NCBI GenBank assembly: GCA_046331665.1
Contig: JAXLQK010000013.1
Coordinates: forward strand, 56,220 to 120,219
Direction: 5' to 3'
Origin: Terriglobia bacterium
GTDB lineage: Bacteria; Acidobacteriota; Terriglobia; Versatilivoradales; Versatilivoraceae
DNA: 64,000 nt
Of the stretch, positions 48,133 through 58,900 are shown piece by piece. The notes beneath the pieces are model-generated. The model saw only the letters and a list, made by a program, of their open reading frames with translations. It ran no database searches and was not told where the DNA came from. Made by a program: the position numbers and the translations under genes. The stretch's first letter is position 1. Each line of letters opens with the position of its first letter.

Positions 48133-49086
48133 TTGGAATCAAAACAAATCTATAACATCCACAATTTGTTCTGCCTGGAGCTCGTGGAACACGGCAGAAG
48201 CTGCGGACTCCCTGAATTGCTGGCAGGATTGCGTACGGAGCGGCTGAAGGAGCCAAGGGTGAAACTGACGATCGTGAACCGAAGTCATCAACTTCCCCGC
48301 CGCAGCGATGCCGTATTCGCCGGCCGTTATAAGGGGATCCCTTGGCGTCTGTTGTGTAACCGCGATTCAGCCGGGCATCCAGCCGAGATCCATTTCTATG
48401 CACCTTGCTTTCGGCTGTTCCTGGGCGTGCGCTTGGCATTGATTCCGCTGGTTCGGCAGCTGGCACTCGAACGAGGCGGCTTCGGACTTTTGGGTACAGC
48501 CTTCCGCTGGCGGGGTGTCACCTGGCATTTGTACGGCCGGCCCGGTACCGGCAAGACCAAGCTGCTGATAGAAGCTCTGGAAGACGGGGGTGAGTTGGTG
48601 GGAGACTTCGAGCTGGTGGCATCTTCCGACGGGACCCTTCATCCTCTGATTGACCGGGTTGAGTTCCGTTACGCCACCGTGCGCCACACTCCGTACTGGC
48701 GGCATCTCACGGGGCCTCAGCGTCGCTGGCTCCAGATGTGCCGCCTGATCTCATTTCTCACGGGGCGTTGGACTTCTTTCAACCTGGTAATGGCACCCGG
48801 ACAATTGGGTTGTCCCGTGGCAAAGGACAAGGCAGAAGCGAAGCACACTTTGGTCGGCATTGGTTTCGACCAGAAAGAGTGGAATGCCGAAGGGGCGACC
48901 CGCGAGCTCATGGGCTATTATCACTGGTACGAATCGATTTATGGGGTAGTGCTGAATGGCGATACCGGGGCCAGGGATCGCCAGCTCACAGCCAATGTAC
49001 GACGATACGTCTCCCGCTGCGACTTGCTTGCATTGCCGGTCGGTCGAGGTCTGCAAGGGCTGCAGTCGGCGGAGTCGCGCCGATGA
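48133..49086 (+). CDS. P-loop protein resembling the HPr-kinase C-terminal domain (function unknown)
   Basis: 317-aa ORF. WHLYGRPGTGKTKLLIEALEDGGELVGDFELV resembles the HprK-type G-x-SG-x-GKS...G..L..DD block. The start codon is uncertain (TTG in the ORF track). ATGA overlap with the next gene. Confidence 0.45.
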   Translation: MESKQIYNIHNLFCLELVEHGRSCGLPELLAGLRTERLKEPRVKLTIVNRSHQLPRRSDAVFAGRYKGIPWRLLCNRDSAGHPAEIHFYAPCFRLFLGVRLALIPLVRQLALERGGFGLLGTAFRWRGVTWHLYGRPGTGKTKLLIEALEDGGELVGDFELVASSDGTLHPLIDRVEFRYATVRHTPYWRHLTGPQRRWLQMCRLISFLTGRWTSFNLVMAPGQLGCPVAKDKAEAKHTLVGIGFDQKEWNAEGATRELMGYYHWYESIYGVVLNGDTGARDRQLTANVRRYVSRCDLLALPVGRGLQGLQSAESRR

Positions 49087-50312
49087 GAAGAGGATTTCTC
49101 AACGATGTGCGTTGGTTTTCCGTGACCCAACTAGCGGCTGGGCTGCTGATGCTGGGCTACATGATGGTGGCCGCTCGCCTGCTGGGTCGTGAGGGCGAGG
49201 TGGCTACCTTCGGGCTGTTCCAGGCAGTGATGGGTTTGTACAGCATTGTGTTAGTTCTGAGCTTTCCCCTGAATGTGACCGCCATTCATCTGGTCGGGAG
49301 GGCCCTTCCGGAAAATCGGCCCACCGCGCTGGGGAATTGTCTGATGCTCGCGTGTGCCGTGGGCAGTATATGTGCGGTTGGATTACTCGTGACTTGGCCG
49401 CAGTTGGCCAGCCTGTTGCACATTGAAAGTGTAAGTCTGATGGTGGAAGTCAGCACGCTTCTGATGTTGTCTTTCGTGTTGACCGTATTCTACGGAGGAC
49501 TGCAGGGCCGCCATGATTATCGACGGTTTGCCCTGGCCAAAATTCTTGAAGCGGCGGTCTCGTTTGTGGCCGGCACGGTTCTTATCGCTTTCGGTGGAGG
49601 TGTAATGGGGGCAGTGGGTGGTTACGTTTTTGGCATGGGTCTCGTCTGCCTGGTATTTCTGGGATTTCGGAGCCAGTACCGCTTCGAACGGGTAGGGCCA
49701 GCGTGGCGCAAGGAACTTCGCAGCCTGGGACTGCCACTGGCCGTGACAGCGGTCCTCTCTTTCACGCTGGCAGCACCGATGCTCCTGGCACGCTGGCGCA
49801 TGGATGCAACATCAGCAGGTCTGTATGCGGCGTTATTTTCCTTCCGCAATGTGCTGCAGCCTTTCGCTTTGACCGTGTCCCTGCCTTTGTACTCGCGAAT
49901 CGTCGCAGATCGTAACGAACCCTGGATGGTGCAGAAAGCGCTGGCAATCGTCTCCCTGATCGCAGTGGGATTTCTAATCGTTAGCGTGGTCTGCCCTCAA
50001 CTCTGCATGCGCGTGTTGTTGGGCGCGAAATTTGTGGCGGCCGCCGGTTACCTTTGGGAGTACGCCGTGGCGTTGGGGTTTTTCATGGTGACCATGGTTG
50101 TGATGTTTCATGCAGCCGCGCGACGCACTCTCCGGCTCTACTTGTTGGTGTTGCCGTTGGCTGGGGTAGTAGCCATCGCCTTCTGGCCCCAACTGACCAT
50201 CGGCAAGACCATCAGGCTGCAGATTATGGCGTGGGTGGCCTTCCTGTTGGCGCAGGGGTTGGCAACACTCGTCGATAGCAGAGAATCAGTCCAAGCCTCA
50301 GCCACGAACTGA
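49083..50312 (+). CDS. Polysaccharide/oligosaccharide flippase (MOP/Wzx-like)
   Basis: From ATG at 49083 (MRRGFLNDVRWFSVTQLAAG...), about 12 hydrophobic helices. The long N-terminal extension in the ORF track overlaps the upstream gene and is rejected. Confidence 0.7.
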   Translation: MRRGFLNDVRWFSVTQLAAGLLMLGYMMVAARLLGREGEVATFGLFQAVMGLYSIVLVLSFPLNVTAIHLVGRALPENRPTALGNCLMLACAVGSICAVGLLVTWPQLASLLHIESVSLMVEVSTLLMLSFVLTVFYGGLQGRHDYRRFALAKILEAAVSFVAGTVLIAFGGGVMGAVGGYVFGMGLVCLVFLGFRSQYRFERVGPAWRKELRSLGLPLAVTAVLSFTLAAPMLLARWRMDATSAGLYAALFSFRNVLQPFALTVSLPLYSRIVADRNEPWMVQKALAIVSLIAVGFLIVSVVCPQLCMRVLLGAKFVAAAGYLWEYAVALGFFMVTMVVMFHAAARRTLRLYLLVLPLAGVVAIAFWPQLTIGKTIRLQIMAWVAFLLAQGLATLVDSRESVQASATN

Positions 50313-50400
50313 ACGCCGAGCGTTTCATGTTGACTGGGAAAAAGTAAACAGCCTACAAAAAAAGCGTTACTCATGTGTCAGGAGTGGCCCCTGACAGAAT

Positions 50401-50477
50401 TGGTACGCCCGGCAGGAGTCGAACCTGCGACCTCTTGCTCCGGAGGCAAGCGCTCTATCCAGCTGAGCTACGGGCGC
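50401..50477 (-). tRNA. tRNA-Arg (anticodon CCG), CCA encoded
   Basis: The reverse strand reads GCGCCCGTAGCTCAGCTGGATAGAGCGCTTGCCTCCGGAGCAAGAGGTCGCAGGTTCGACTCCTGCCGGGCGTACCA. It has the full cloverleaf and the anticodon loop CT-CCG-GA. Confidence 0.95.
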
Positions 50478-50697
50478 GTGGGGGGCCGAGGAATCCATCG
50501 GGAAGCTGGAACCACAATCCCAGTCTTCATTGAATTTCCCCGAAAATTCTGACAGTCTATCAAATCTGGACCGTTTTGAATACGTTCCATGTCAGTCAAA
50601 CAAACCTCAGTCGAATCCCATGTTCACTCTCGCGTGAACAAGGCTGCTGAACCTTCTCAGAATTCGCTTGAGAACAAATTCAGATAGGAATTGGATC

Positions 50698-51894
50698 ATG
50701 AAAAAATCCTCGATCATTGGTCTTTTGGGACTCTTCGCCGCAGTTTCCCTGGTTCTGGCGGCACAGCTGGATCCTTCAAAGCTTCCCGAGCCCTTCGCCA
50801 CTCCGTCGGCCAATAACCAGCCACACGTCATTCCGCGGCCGGAAGGAGCCAGCTTGGAGTTGCCCAAGGGGTTTCACGTCGACGTCTATGCGGAAGGGTT
50901 TGATCGGCCCCGGTTCATGCTGGGGGGCCCTCATCATGAGATTGTGCTGACGGACAGTGTTGAAAAAGGCAGTGTTTATGTCCTCCAGGATAAGAACCAT
51001 GACTTCAAGATCGATTCGAGGCAAAAAATCCTGACCGGGCTCGACCGTCCCTATGGATTGGCCCTTTGGAAAAATTATCTCTACGTGGCCGAAGCTACTT
51101 CTCTGAAAAGATATCCGTTCGACTCCCAGGAAATGAAGGTGACGGGGAACGGCGAGGAAATTGTTTCGCTCAAGCCGTTTGGTAAAGGGCACTGGACCCG
51201 GACGATTCTCTTTGATGCCAAGAATGAAAAATTTTATCTCACGGTGGGATCGGCCTCCAACGTGGATGCCGGAGAGGACCCGATGCGAGCGGCCATCCAT
51301 CGTTACAACCCCGATGGATCAGGCCATGAGGTCATGGCTACGGGAGTGAGAAATGTGATTGGGCTGCGCTGGTATCCGGGGACGGACGCCCTCTGGGCGG
51401 CGGTTCAGGAAAGAGACGGCCTTGGAGACGATCTGGTCCCCGATTATTTCACCGCTATCCAGGCAGGAGGGTTTTACGGCTGGCCCTATGCCTATATCGG
51501 ACCTCATGAAGATCCCCGCCGCAAAGGGGAAAAACCCGATCTGGTGGCCAAGGCGATCGTTCCCGACGTCTTGCTGGGAGCGCATGTCGCGGTCCTGGAT
51601 GTGCTCTTTTATACGGGGAAGCAATTTCCTCCCGAGTATCAGGGCGGAGCCTTTCTGGCTCAACATGGATCCTGGAATCGTTCACAGCGCGTAGGCTATT
51701 CCGTCCGGTTCCTTCCCTTCAAGAATGGCAGGCCTGCTGGAGCACTGAGAGATTTCTTGACGGGATTCCTTCTTGACCCCGGGAAGCGTGAAGTTTGGGG
51801 ACGGCCGGTAGGCCTTTTCCAATTGGGGGACGGCTCACTGTTATTTTCTGATGATGGCGGCAACAAGATCTGGAGGATCAGTTATCATGACTAA
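50698..51894 (+). CDS. PQQ-dependent sugar (sorbosone/aldose) dehydrogenase, secreted
   Basis: From ATG at 50698 there is a signal peptide (MKKSSIIGLLGLFAAVSLVLA) and beta-propeller motifs (RPYGLAL, GHWTR, GVRNVIGL, GGFYGWPY, HGSWNRS). Confidence 0.8.
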   Translation: MKKSSIIGLLGLFAAVSLVLAAQLDPSKLPEPFATPSANNQPHVIPRPEGASLELPKGFHVDVYAEGFDRPRFMLGGPHHEIVLTDSVEKGSVYVLQDKNHDFKIDSRQKILTGLDRPYGLALWKNYLYVAEATSLKRYPFDSQEMKVTGNGEEIVSLKPFGKGHWTRTILFDAKNEKFYLTVGSASNVDAGEDPMRAAIHRYNPDGSGHEVMATGVRNVIGLRWYPGTDALWAAVQERDGLGDDLVPDYFTAIQAGGFYGWPYAYIGPHEDPRRKGEKPDLVAKAIVPDVLLGAHVAVLDVLFYTGKQFPPEYQGGAFLAQHGSWNRSQRVGYSVRFLPFKNGRPAGALRDFLTGFLLDPGKREVWGRPVGLFQLGDGSLLFSDDGGNKIWRISYHD

Positions 51895-51990
51895 GCCGCG
51901 ATTGTGAAGGGCGGCCGCATTCCGGCTTGCTGCCTTTTGCCTGAATACCTGCGAAAGGAAGCTCGAAAACCCGCCGCTCTCTTCAGAGCA

Positions 51991-52735
51991 ATGGCGAGGC
52001 GGAATCCCCTCTTTTTTCCACATCGTCCACCCGTGACCATCAAGACTCAATTCCGTTTCCTTTGTTTCGCGATATTCCTCTTTGCCATCCAGCCCGAGGC
52101 ACTTCTTCCCCTGCCGCTGGAGGCAAAGACACTCTCAGAGCCTGCTCGATTCCTTCATCGCGACCATCTCAATTTGCCAAACCTGTCCTGCCTGAGTTGT
52201 CATGCGCAAGCTGCCGTGAGCGAGTCTTCGACGGACAATTTGCTTCCTGCGCCCAATCTCTGCAAGGGGTGCCATGACGGGCACCAAGCGAAGAAACTGG
52301 AATCAGTGGATCGTATTCTCCTCAGGCGGGAGATGCCGATCAAACTCCACTTCAATCACCGGCGGCATCTCGCACTCGGGAACGTAGCCCCGGCCCTCCT
52401 GGCGGCTTTCGAAAGTCAGCAATACCTTGGCCCTGCCTCCTTCTTAAAAGACTTATCCGCCACAACCAATGAATGCCAGGCCTGCCATCGTGGACTCACT
52501 CAAACCGACGAAGGAAAGCCTTCCCATATCCCACCCATGGCCGATTGCCTCGTGTGCCACGCCACGATTGAACCGCCCTTCAGCTGTGAGCTTTGCCACC
52601 CGAATGACGCTAAACTTAAACCCCCAAATCACACTGCCGATTTCATGGACACGCATTCCAGCCAGATGGCAACGCTGGATGCCTCGAGCTGCAAGAATGC
52701 CACGGCATCAAATTCCGGTGTAGGGGTGTCACTAG
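51991..52735 (+). pseudogene. Multihaem cytochrome c (5 intact CXXCH; 2 more restored by correcting two 1-nt deletions)
   Basis: CLSCH, CKGCH, CQACH, CLVCH and CELCH are in frame. Shifting at ~52690-52695 and at the G-run 52723-52726 gives ...DASSCQECHGIKFRCRGCH*. Length is 745 nt (747 minus 2). The start is uncertain (GTG at 51904 or ATG at 51991). The uncorrected ORF runs to 52971 and overlaps thiE. Confidence 0.6.
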
Positions 52736-52873
52736 CACTGAATTCGATTAGCTCGTGCCGTGGCCAGCAGCGCCGAAGTCAGCCAGAGTCAGAGACTCGA
52801 CCACAACCTATTTCTGCCAACATCCTTAACTCAGACCGAGTCGGCAAAATCAACGGAACCTGGAAGATATTTT

Positions 52874-53513
52874 TTAGTCAGATATGGATTTTCCCGATGC
52901 GAAAGCTGCCAGGTCGAGATACTGATGGATGCGGCGTTCCACGTTGTCTGACAGGAGGATGTCGCGGATGACGGCTACGGTGGTGATGCTCAAACCATAG
53001 AGGGTACCCGTTTTCCAGCGTGATCCCACCGATGGCCACGAGGGGCTTGGAGACTAGAGCGCGGATGATCTTCAGTTCCTCACTTGAGACAACAGGATCG
53101 GGATTCTGTTTGCTGGCGGTGGGATAGGCGGGACCGATGGCTACATAGTCTGCTGAACTTCGTTCAGCTTCCAATGCCTGCCTGCGATTGTGGGTCGAAT
53201 ACCCAATGATCTTGCCCGGTCCGAGAAGTTGTCTGGCAACTTCGACGGGAAGATCCTCTTGCCCAAGGTGAACTCCGTCGGCATCTGTCAATGAGGCGAT
53301 ATCAACGCGGTCATTGATAAACGCGGTTAGACCATGCTGATGACAACTTGCAACGAAACTCCGGGCTCTTTCAAAAAATATCCTGGAGCTGGCGGTTTTT
53401 TCCCGCAATTGCACCCAGCCGACGCCAGTCCTGGCTATGGTTCCGATCAATGACTCAAAGGGAGGAGCGGCATATTGAGTATCGAGGATAACGTATATTG
53501 GTGGGGGAATCAC
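52874..53513 (-). pseudogene. thiE: Thiamine-phosphate synthase, C-terminus shifted by a 1-nt insertion
   Basis: VILDTQ...VQLREK...INDRVDIA...DGVHLGQEDL...ADYVAIGP...LVAIGGITLEN, then the frame shifts at 53007-53009 to give GTLYGLSITTVAVIRDILLSDNVERR...*. Length is 640 nt (639 plus 1). Confidence 0.8.
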
Positions 53514-53608
53514 AAGCGGTGCTCAACTCACTCCGACTTCGCCGCGCGGCCTCTTGCAGGTGGCGGCAGAATGGGCTCTCTCCGGCAAGGGTCGCGATGG
53601 CGTGTCCA

Positions 53609-54943
53609 TCACCTCATGAATCTTTCCATGAAATGAGTATCGATCTTCCCTGCCTTGAAATCCGGGTCCTGCATGATCTGCTGGTGCAGGGGGATACTGG
53701 TTTGAATTCCTTCGACAATGAACATTTCCAGCGCGCGTTCCATTTTCCGGATGGCATCCATCCGTGAATGGTCATGCACGATGAGTTTGGCGACGAGCGA
53801 ATCGTAGTAGGGGGGAATGGTGCATTCGGCATAGGCGGCGGTTTCGACACGCACTCCCGCCCCTCCGGGTACATGGAAGGAAGTGATTTTCCCGGGAGAC
53901 GGGACCATCGTCACCGGATTCTCGGCGTTAACGCGACACTCAATACTATGCCCGCGAAGTTTAAAATGCCCGTCAAAATTCAGCGGCTCGCCGGCTGCCG
54001 CCATGATTTGCAATTTTACCAGATCGACGCCGGTTACCATTTCGGTTACGGGATGCTCCACTTGAATCCGGGTGTTCATTTCCATGAAATAAAACTGTCC
54101 ATTTTCGTCCATGAGAAATTCCATGGTCCCGGCATTGGAGTAACCGATGCTGGTCAGGGCTTTTTCGATTCGAGCCCCCATTTCCTGGCGAATCGCCTCA
54201 CTGATGGCCACCGAAGGGGATTCTTCCAATAGCTTCTGATGGCGGCGTTGAATCGTGCATTCCCGTTCCCCAAAGTGGAGGACCCGGCCGAAATTGTCAC
54301 CCATCACCTGGAATTCGATGTGCCGCGGCCGTTCCACGTATTTCTCAAGGTAAATATCAGGAACACTGAAAGCGGAAAGAGCCTCCTGCTGGGCCATGGA
54401 AAACGCCTTTTCGATATCCTGGCGGCTCTTGACTACACGCATCCCCCGTCCTCCGCCCCCCGCGGACGCTTTGAGGATCACGGGATAGCCGACCTTGTCA
54501 GCCAGTCGTTCGGCTTGCTGCGCATTTTCAATAACCCCGTTACTGCCGGGCAGGATGGGGAGCCCCGCCTTTTCCATGGCAGCCAATGCCCGCGATTTGT
54601 CTCCCATCAAGCGGATGACATTGGGGGTAGGCCCGATGAATTTGATATGGCAGGTCTCACAGACTTCGGCGAAGTAGGCATTTTCGGAAAGGAATCCGTA
54701 ACCGGGATGAATGGCGTCAACGTTGGTTATTTCAGCGGCACTGATAACGCTCGGGATCTTAAGATAACTGTCAAGGCTCCTGGGCGGCCCAATACAAACC
54801 GCCTCATCCGCGAAACGCACGTGCAACGAGTTGCGATCCGCTTCGGAAAATACCGCAACGGTCTTGATGCCCAGCTCCTTACAGGCACAGATAATCCGCA
54901 TTGCGATTTCGCCGCGGTTCGCTACAAGAATTTTCTTAAACAT
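53609..54943 (-). CDS. accC: Acetyl-CoA carboxylase, biotin carboxylase subunit
   Basis: 444-aa [29 protein letters not shown]..., with ATP-grasp motifs throughout. Confidence 0.95.
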   Translation of the reverse strand: MFKKILVANRGEIAMRIICACKELGIKTVAVFSEADRNSLHVRFADEAVCIGPPRSLDSYLKIPSVISAAEITNVDAIHPGYGFLSENAYFAEVCETCHIKFIGPTPNVIRLMGDKSRALAAMEKAGLPILPGSNGVIENAQQAERLADKVGYPVILKASAGGGGRGMRVVKSRQDIEKAFSMAQQEALSAFSVPDIYLEKYVERPRHIEFQVMGDNFGRVLHFGERECTIQRRHQKLLEESPSVAISEAIRQEMGARIEKALTSIGYSNAGTMEFLMDENGQFYFMEMNTRIQVEHPVTEMVTGVDLVKLQIMAAAGEPLNFDGHFKLRGHSIECRVNAENPVTMVPSPGKITSFHVPGGAGVRVETAAYAECTIPPYYDSLVAKLIVHDHSRMDAIRKMERALEMFIVEGIQTSIPLHQQIMQDPDFKAGKIDTHFMERFMR

Positions 54944-54970
54944 GAGTAGTGAGAATTTTTCCGCTTAAGG

Positions 54971-55456
54971 TCAGCTTTTCCGGGTCGGCCGAATGCCGAA
55001 AAGTGCCTGGCCGAACTCTACCGATTCAGCATTTTCGACGTAGACTTTGACTATTTCACCGGAGACCTCGGCTTCGATTTCGTTCATCAATTTCATCGCT
55101 TCGATGATGCAGAGAACACGGCCGGGTTCCACCGAGTCACCTATCTTCACATACACGTCGGCCTCGGGGCTTGGAGCTCGATAGAACGTCCCCACAATCG
55201 GTGCGCGAACGATGATCAAGTCTTCGTCTACGGTTTCAACCGGTCCGGCAGGCGGGGAAGAGCCGGTATCGATCGGGAAGGCTGGCGTGACGGTGGGAGT
55301 CACGGGATGCGAGGTCGCCGGGGAATGAGTATGGGCGGCGGTCAGATGAGCGTCTTTACGAATCTTCACCCGGACGCCAGCACGTTCAATCTCCAGTTCG
55401 TTGATCCCGTAGTGCGAGAAGGTTACGATGAGTTCCTTGATCTCTTTAATGTTCAT
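54971..55456 (-). CDS. accB: Acetyl-CoA carboxylase, biotin carboxyl carrier protein
   Basis: 161-aa ORF with a Pro/Ala linker and the biotinylation motif CIIEAMKLMNEIEAE. Confidence 0.9.
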   Translation of the reverse strand: MNIKEIKELIVTFSHYGINELEIERAGVRVKIRKDAHLTAAHTHSPATSHPVTPTVTPAFPIDTGSSPPAGPVETVDEDLIIVRAPIVGTFYRAPSPEADVYVKIGDSVEPGRVLCIIEAMKLMNEIEAEVSGEIVKVYVENAESVEFGQALFGIRPTRKS

Positions 55457-55616
55457 GAATGCGCTAATCCCTTCTAACTCTCATCATTCCAGGCAGTTCA
55501 GGCGTCGACACGACAAGGGGAAGGCGTCCGCTGATGGGTGACAACAAGGCGCAAGTATAGCGATTCCACGGGAAAAATACAAACCCTTTACCGGATGAGG
55601 GAGGGGAAACGGGTCT

Positions 55617-55976
55617 TTAGAAGACGAACTCTTTGGCCAGTAAGTACTTTGCCTTCTTAAGTTCAAAGCGAGCCCGGCCAATATTTCCGTCTTTGGCCAG
55701 CAACAAGAGGAGAAAATACTCTGAGGTAATCATTCGGATGATGATAGTTCGATTTTCGGTCGAGAGAATATATTCTTCCAGCCCGCCGATGCCGACTTCC
55801 TGCGCGGAAGAAGACGACAAACGCAGGGCGGTGGTATATTCCGCCGCCAGCGTTTCGACATTCAGACTTTCATCAGGATTCCATCTCTCGATCGCAATGC
55901 CGTCCATCCCCATGATGACGGCCGCCAGACATCCTTCGACCTTCTTGACTATCGAATCCAGCAGTTCGGAAAACAT
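55617..55976 (-). CDS. Roadblock/LC7 (MglB-like) domain protein
   Basis: 119-aa ORF: LLDSIVKKVEGCLAAVIMGMDGIAIE... Confidence 0.7.
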   Translation of the reverse strand: MFSELLDSIVKKVEGCLAAVIMGMDGIAIERWNPDESLNVETLAAEYTTALRLSSSSAQEVGIGGLEEYILSTENRTIIIRMITSEYFLLLLLAKDGNIGRARFELKKAKYLLAKEFVF

Positions 55977-55997
55977 CGCCCCTCGGTCTCTCCATGA

Positions 55998-58900
55998 CTA
56001 CAGTATCTTTGGTGACAGGAAGAATATCAGCTCTTGGGTCTGTTTGTTTACCGATTTATTTTTAAACAGATAGCCGATCGCGGGGAGACTGCCAAAGCCA
56101 GGGACCTGTCTGACGTTAGTTTGTTCATTATCGATCATTACACCGCCGACGACAACTGTTCCTCCATTCGAGACCAAAACGGTGGTTTTGGTCTGCTGCG
56201 TGTTGACCGTCGGTACGCCCTGTACCTGCCGTGAAAAATCCGGGGTAGAATTCTCGATATCCACCTTCATGATGATGGTGCCCTCATCCGTAATCTGAGG
56301 GGTTACGGTCAACTTCAGGGAGAAATCGAAGAACTGGACGGACACGGTGTTGTTGATCGTGGTCTGGACAGGGATCTTCACACCTTGTTGGACAAATCCT
56401 TCGATGTTGTCTTGCGTGATAATTTTTGGCTTCGAGAGCAACTTGGCTGAGCCGCGTCGTTCCGCCGCCGTGATAATCGAATCCAAAAGAAACTTGTCAG
56501 TGATCCCGGCGAAGAAGGCGACGCCGCTGGTGGCCGCGTTTGCGCCGAGGTTGGATAGCAAGGGGAGAGCATTCTGGGCCCCGCCTGATTGACCCGGACT
56601 CATGGTAACGCTCGGGGGAGGTTGGCGTGAGAAGGGGTTGCCGGGGACGGCACCGGACACTACATTCTTGTCGCCATTCCCATAGATGGCTCCCAGTTGG
56701 ACGCCGATATCCCGTAAGAAATCGCGGGTCGTGGCCACGACCCTGGCTTCAATCTCAACCTGCTTGATCTTCCGGTCCAGCTGTCGGATTAGGTTATCGA
56801 TCCTCGTGAACGTCTGAGGGATATCCGTAATGATCATGGAATTGGTTCGCACATCCACAATGATATCCCCGCGGGGCGACAGGACTTTCTTAATAATCGC
56901 ACTCATGTCTGCAGCTTTGGCGTAGCTTAGAATGCGAGTTTCAGTTTGAAGTTCTGCAGCCACGACCCGGGCATCCGACAATCTCTTGCGCTGTGTTTCT
57001 TCCTGTTCAAGGGTCGTATTCGCCGCAATGCGGAGCACGTTCCCGTCTAATTGTTTCCCCAGGTTATTGTTCTTCAAGACCACATCAAGAGCCTGGTCCC
57101 AAGGCACATCATTAAGAAAGATCGTCAAAGAGCCTTTGACATCGGGGTCGAGCACGATGTTTAGGCCGCTGATTTCACCGATGAGGCGGAAGAAATCCTT
57201 GAGGTCTGCGTCTTTCAGCTCCAGGGAAATCAAATCCCCCGAATACTTCGGGGCCACCGCCGGAGCCGGCGCCGAGATTACCTGGCCTGCCACGGGGAGC
57301 GGAGACTGCGGCGCAGGGCTCGCAGGAGCAGTCACAACTGCCGGGGCCGGTTCCGCCGTTGGAACTGGAGGCGCCGCGGCGAGCGGGGTCCGATTCTCTT
57401 GCAACATCGCCACCGTCTGGGGTTGAACCTTGGCAACCGTGACGTCCGGCTTCACAGGAGCAACGGGTGCCGTTTCAACATGAGATTCCACCACAGGCGA
57501 AGACTGAGGCAACGGACTCCGGACTGGTCACAACTGCCGGGGCCGGCTCCGCCGTTGGAACTGGAGGCGCCGCAGCGAGCGGGGTCCGATTCTCTTGCAA
57601 TATCGCCACCGTCTGGGGTTGAACCTGGGCAACCGTGACCTCCTGCTTCACAGGAGCAACCGGTGCCGTTTCAACATGAGATTCCACCGCTGGTTCAGTT
57701 TGAGTTTTAGGAACAACCGGATCTGTTTTTGAGCTGGCAACTTCGATTTTCGCCTCCGTCTTGGCGAGAGTGGGTTCGGCTGCAGGGCTAGTCAACTGCG
57801 CCCGCACACTCTGATTGGAGCTGACCGTGAGCTTCGCCGTGCTGGCGGGCTGTGCAGGCGTCGAAGCGGGTGCCGCTTCCGGCGCCGGCGCTTGATTTAC
57901 AGAAGCAACCTGTGGGCTCCGAAGCTGAGGCAATCTTGATTTCCTTCACCTGGTTCAGAGACCGGCGAAGCGGGGAAGCGGACTCAGCGACGGAAGAGGA
58001 AGATCCGTTCCCTTGGGTTGACTCCGGCACAGGCACTGCCGCAGTTACCGCAGGAGCCGATTCAGGCTCACGAGGAGGAAGCGCTTCAGTCACCTGGGGT
58101 TCCGAATTCACCACCGCCGGCTGGACGGGCAGATTCTTGGGTTCAACTTCCGCCAGACTGATGGGCCCTTCCAAAGCTACGGCCGGAGAGGCCAGAGGCT
58201 CGGGCATGGCAACCTTCTCAACTTCGGCGAACTGGAGCGTACCGATGGCCTGACTGCGCGCCGCCCATTGCCCGTTGGGAGCAAGAATACCGCTCTCGGG
58301 AGCTTGATGGTCCAGGTTTGCCAGCGCAGCGCTTTCCGAGGGTTTCTCTACAGGCTTCGATGGCTGTCGCGAAGCCGCCGTCGTCTGTTTATGGAAGCGC
58401 ACCACAAGACCTGAGTCAGAAGCCTCGATCGTGTAGGGACTTTTCCGCGAAACATCGAAGACGCATCGCACCAACTTGCCTTGCTGGGATTCACCAAAGC
58501 CAAAGCGGATCTTCTGGATGAGATCCGTTCGCAGACGGAGCGATTGATGCGAAACCTTAAATTCCGATCCCGTCACATCCACGACAATTCGGTTGGGAGA
58601 TTCAAGTTCAAAAGCCTGAAATTCAGGTTTGGACGTCGTCTGGAGATTCAACGTCAGCTCTTGTTCATCTTCCACAATACTGACATCGCGGAGGGGAGCC
58701 TTGGAACCTCGGGAGATATCGGCATTTCCCCCGGCTTTAGGTACAGCGGGATTTGCCGTGGGGGATTGAGAAGCGGCTGGAATAGGAGAACTAAAAACTA
58801 AACGGAGTTTTCCACGGTCTGCCTGGAGCGCATACTGGATCGGTTGGACCAGATTGAACTCAATTCTGACCATCGGTTTCTGACCTTCCCCGATGACTGT

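Noticed and set aside
48738-49082. 115-codon N-terminal extension of the flippase ORF
   Set aside because: It overlaps the preceding P-loop gene in another frame and is Arg/Gly-rich. The ATG at 49083 forms an ATGA overlap with the upstream stop and begins the hydrophobic protein.
53514-53608. Possible TPP riboswitch upstream of thiE
   Set aside because: The spacer is only 95 nt. It lacks the conserved CUGAGA and ACCUGA/pyrimidine-sensor elements.
54239-54949. 236-aa ORF on the plus strand
   Set aside because: It is antisense to accC, which is unambiguous.
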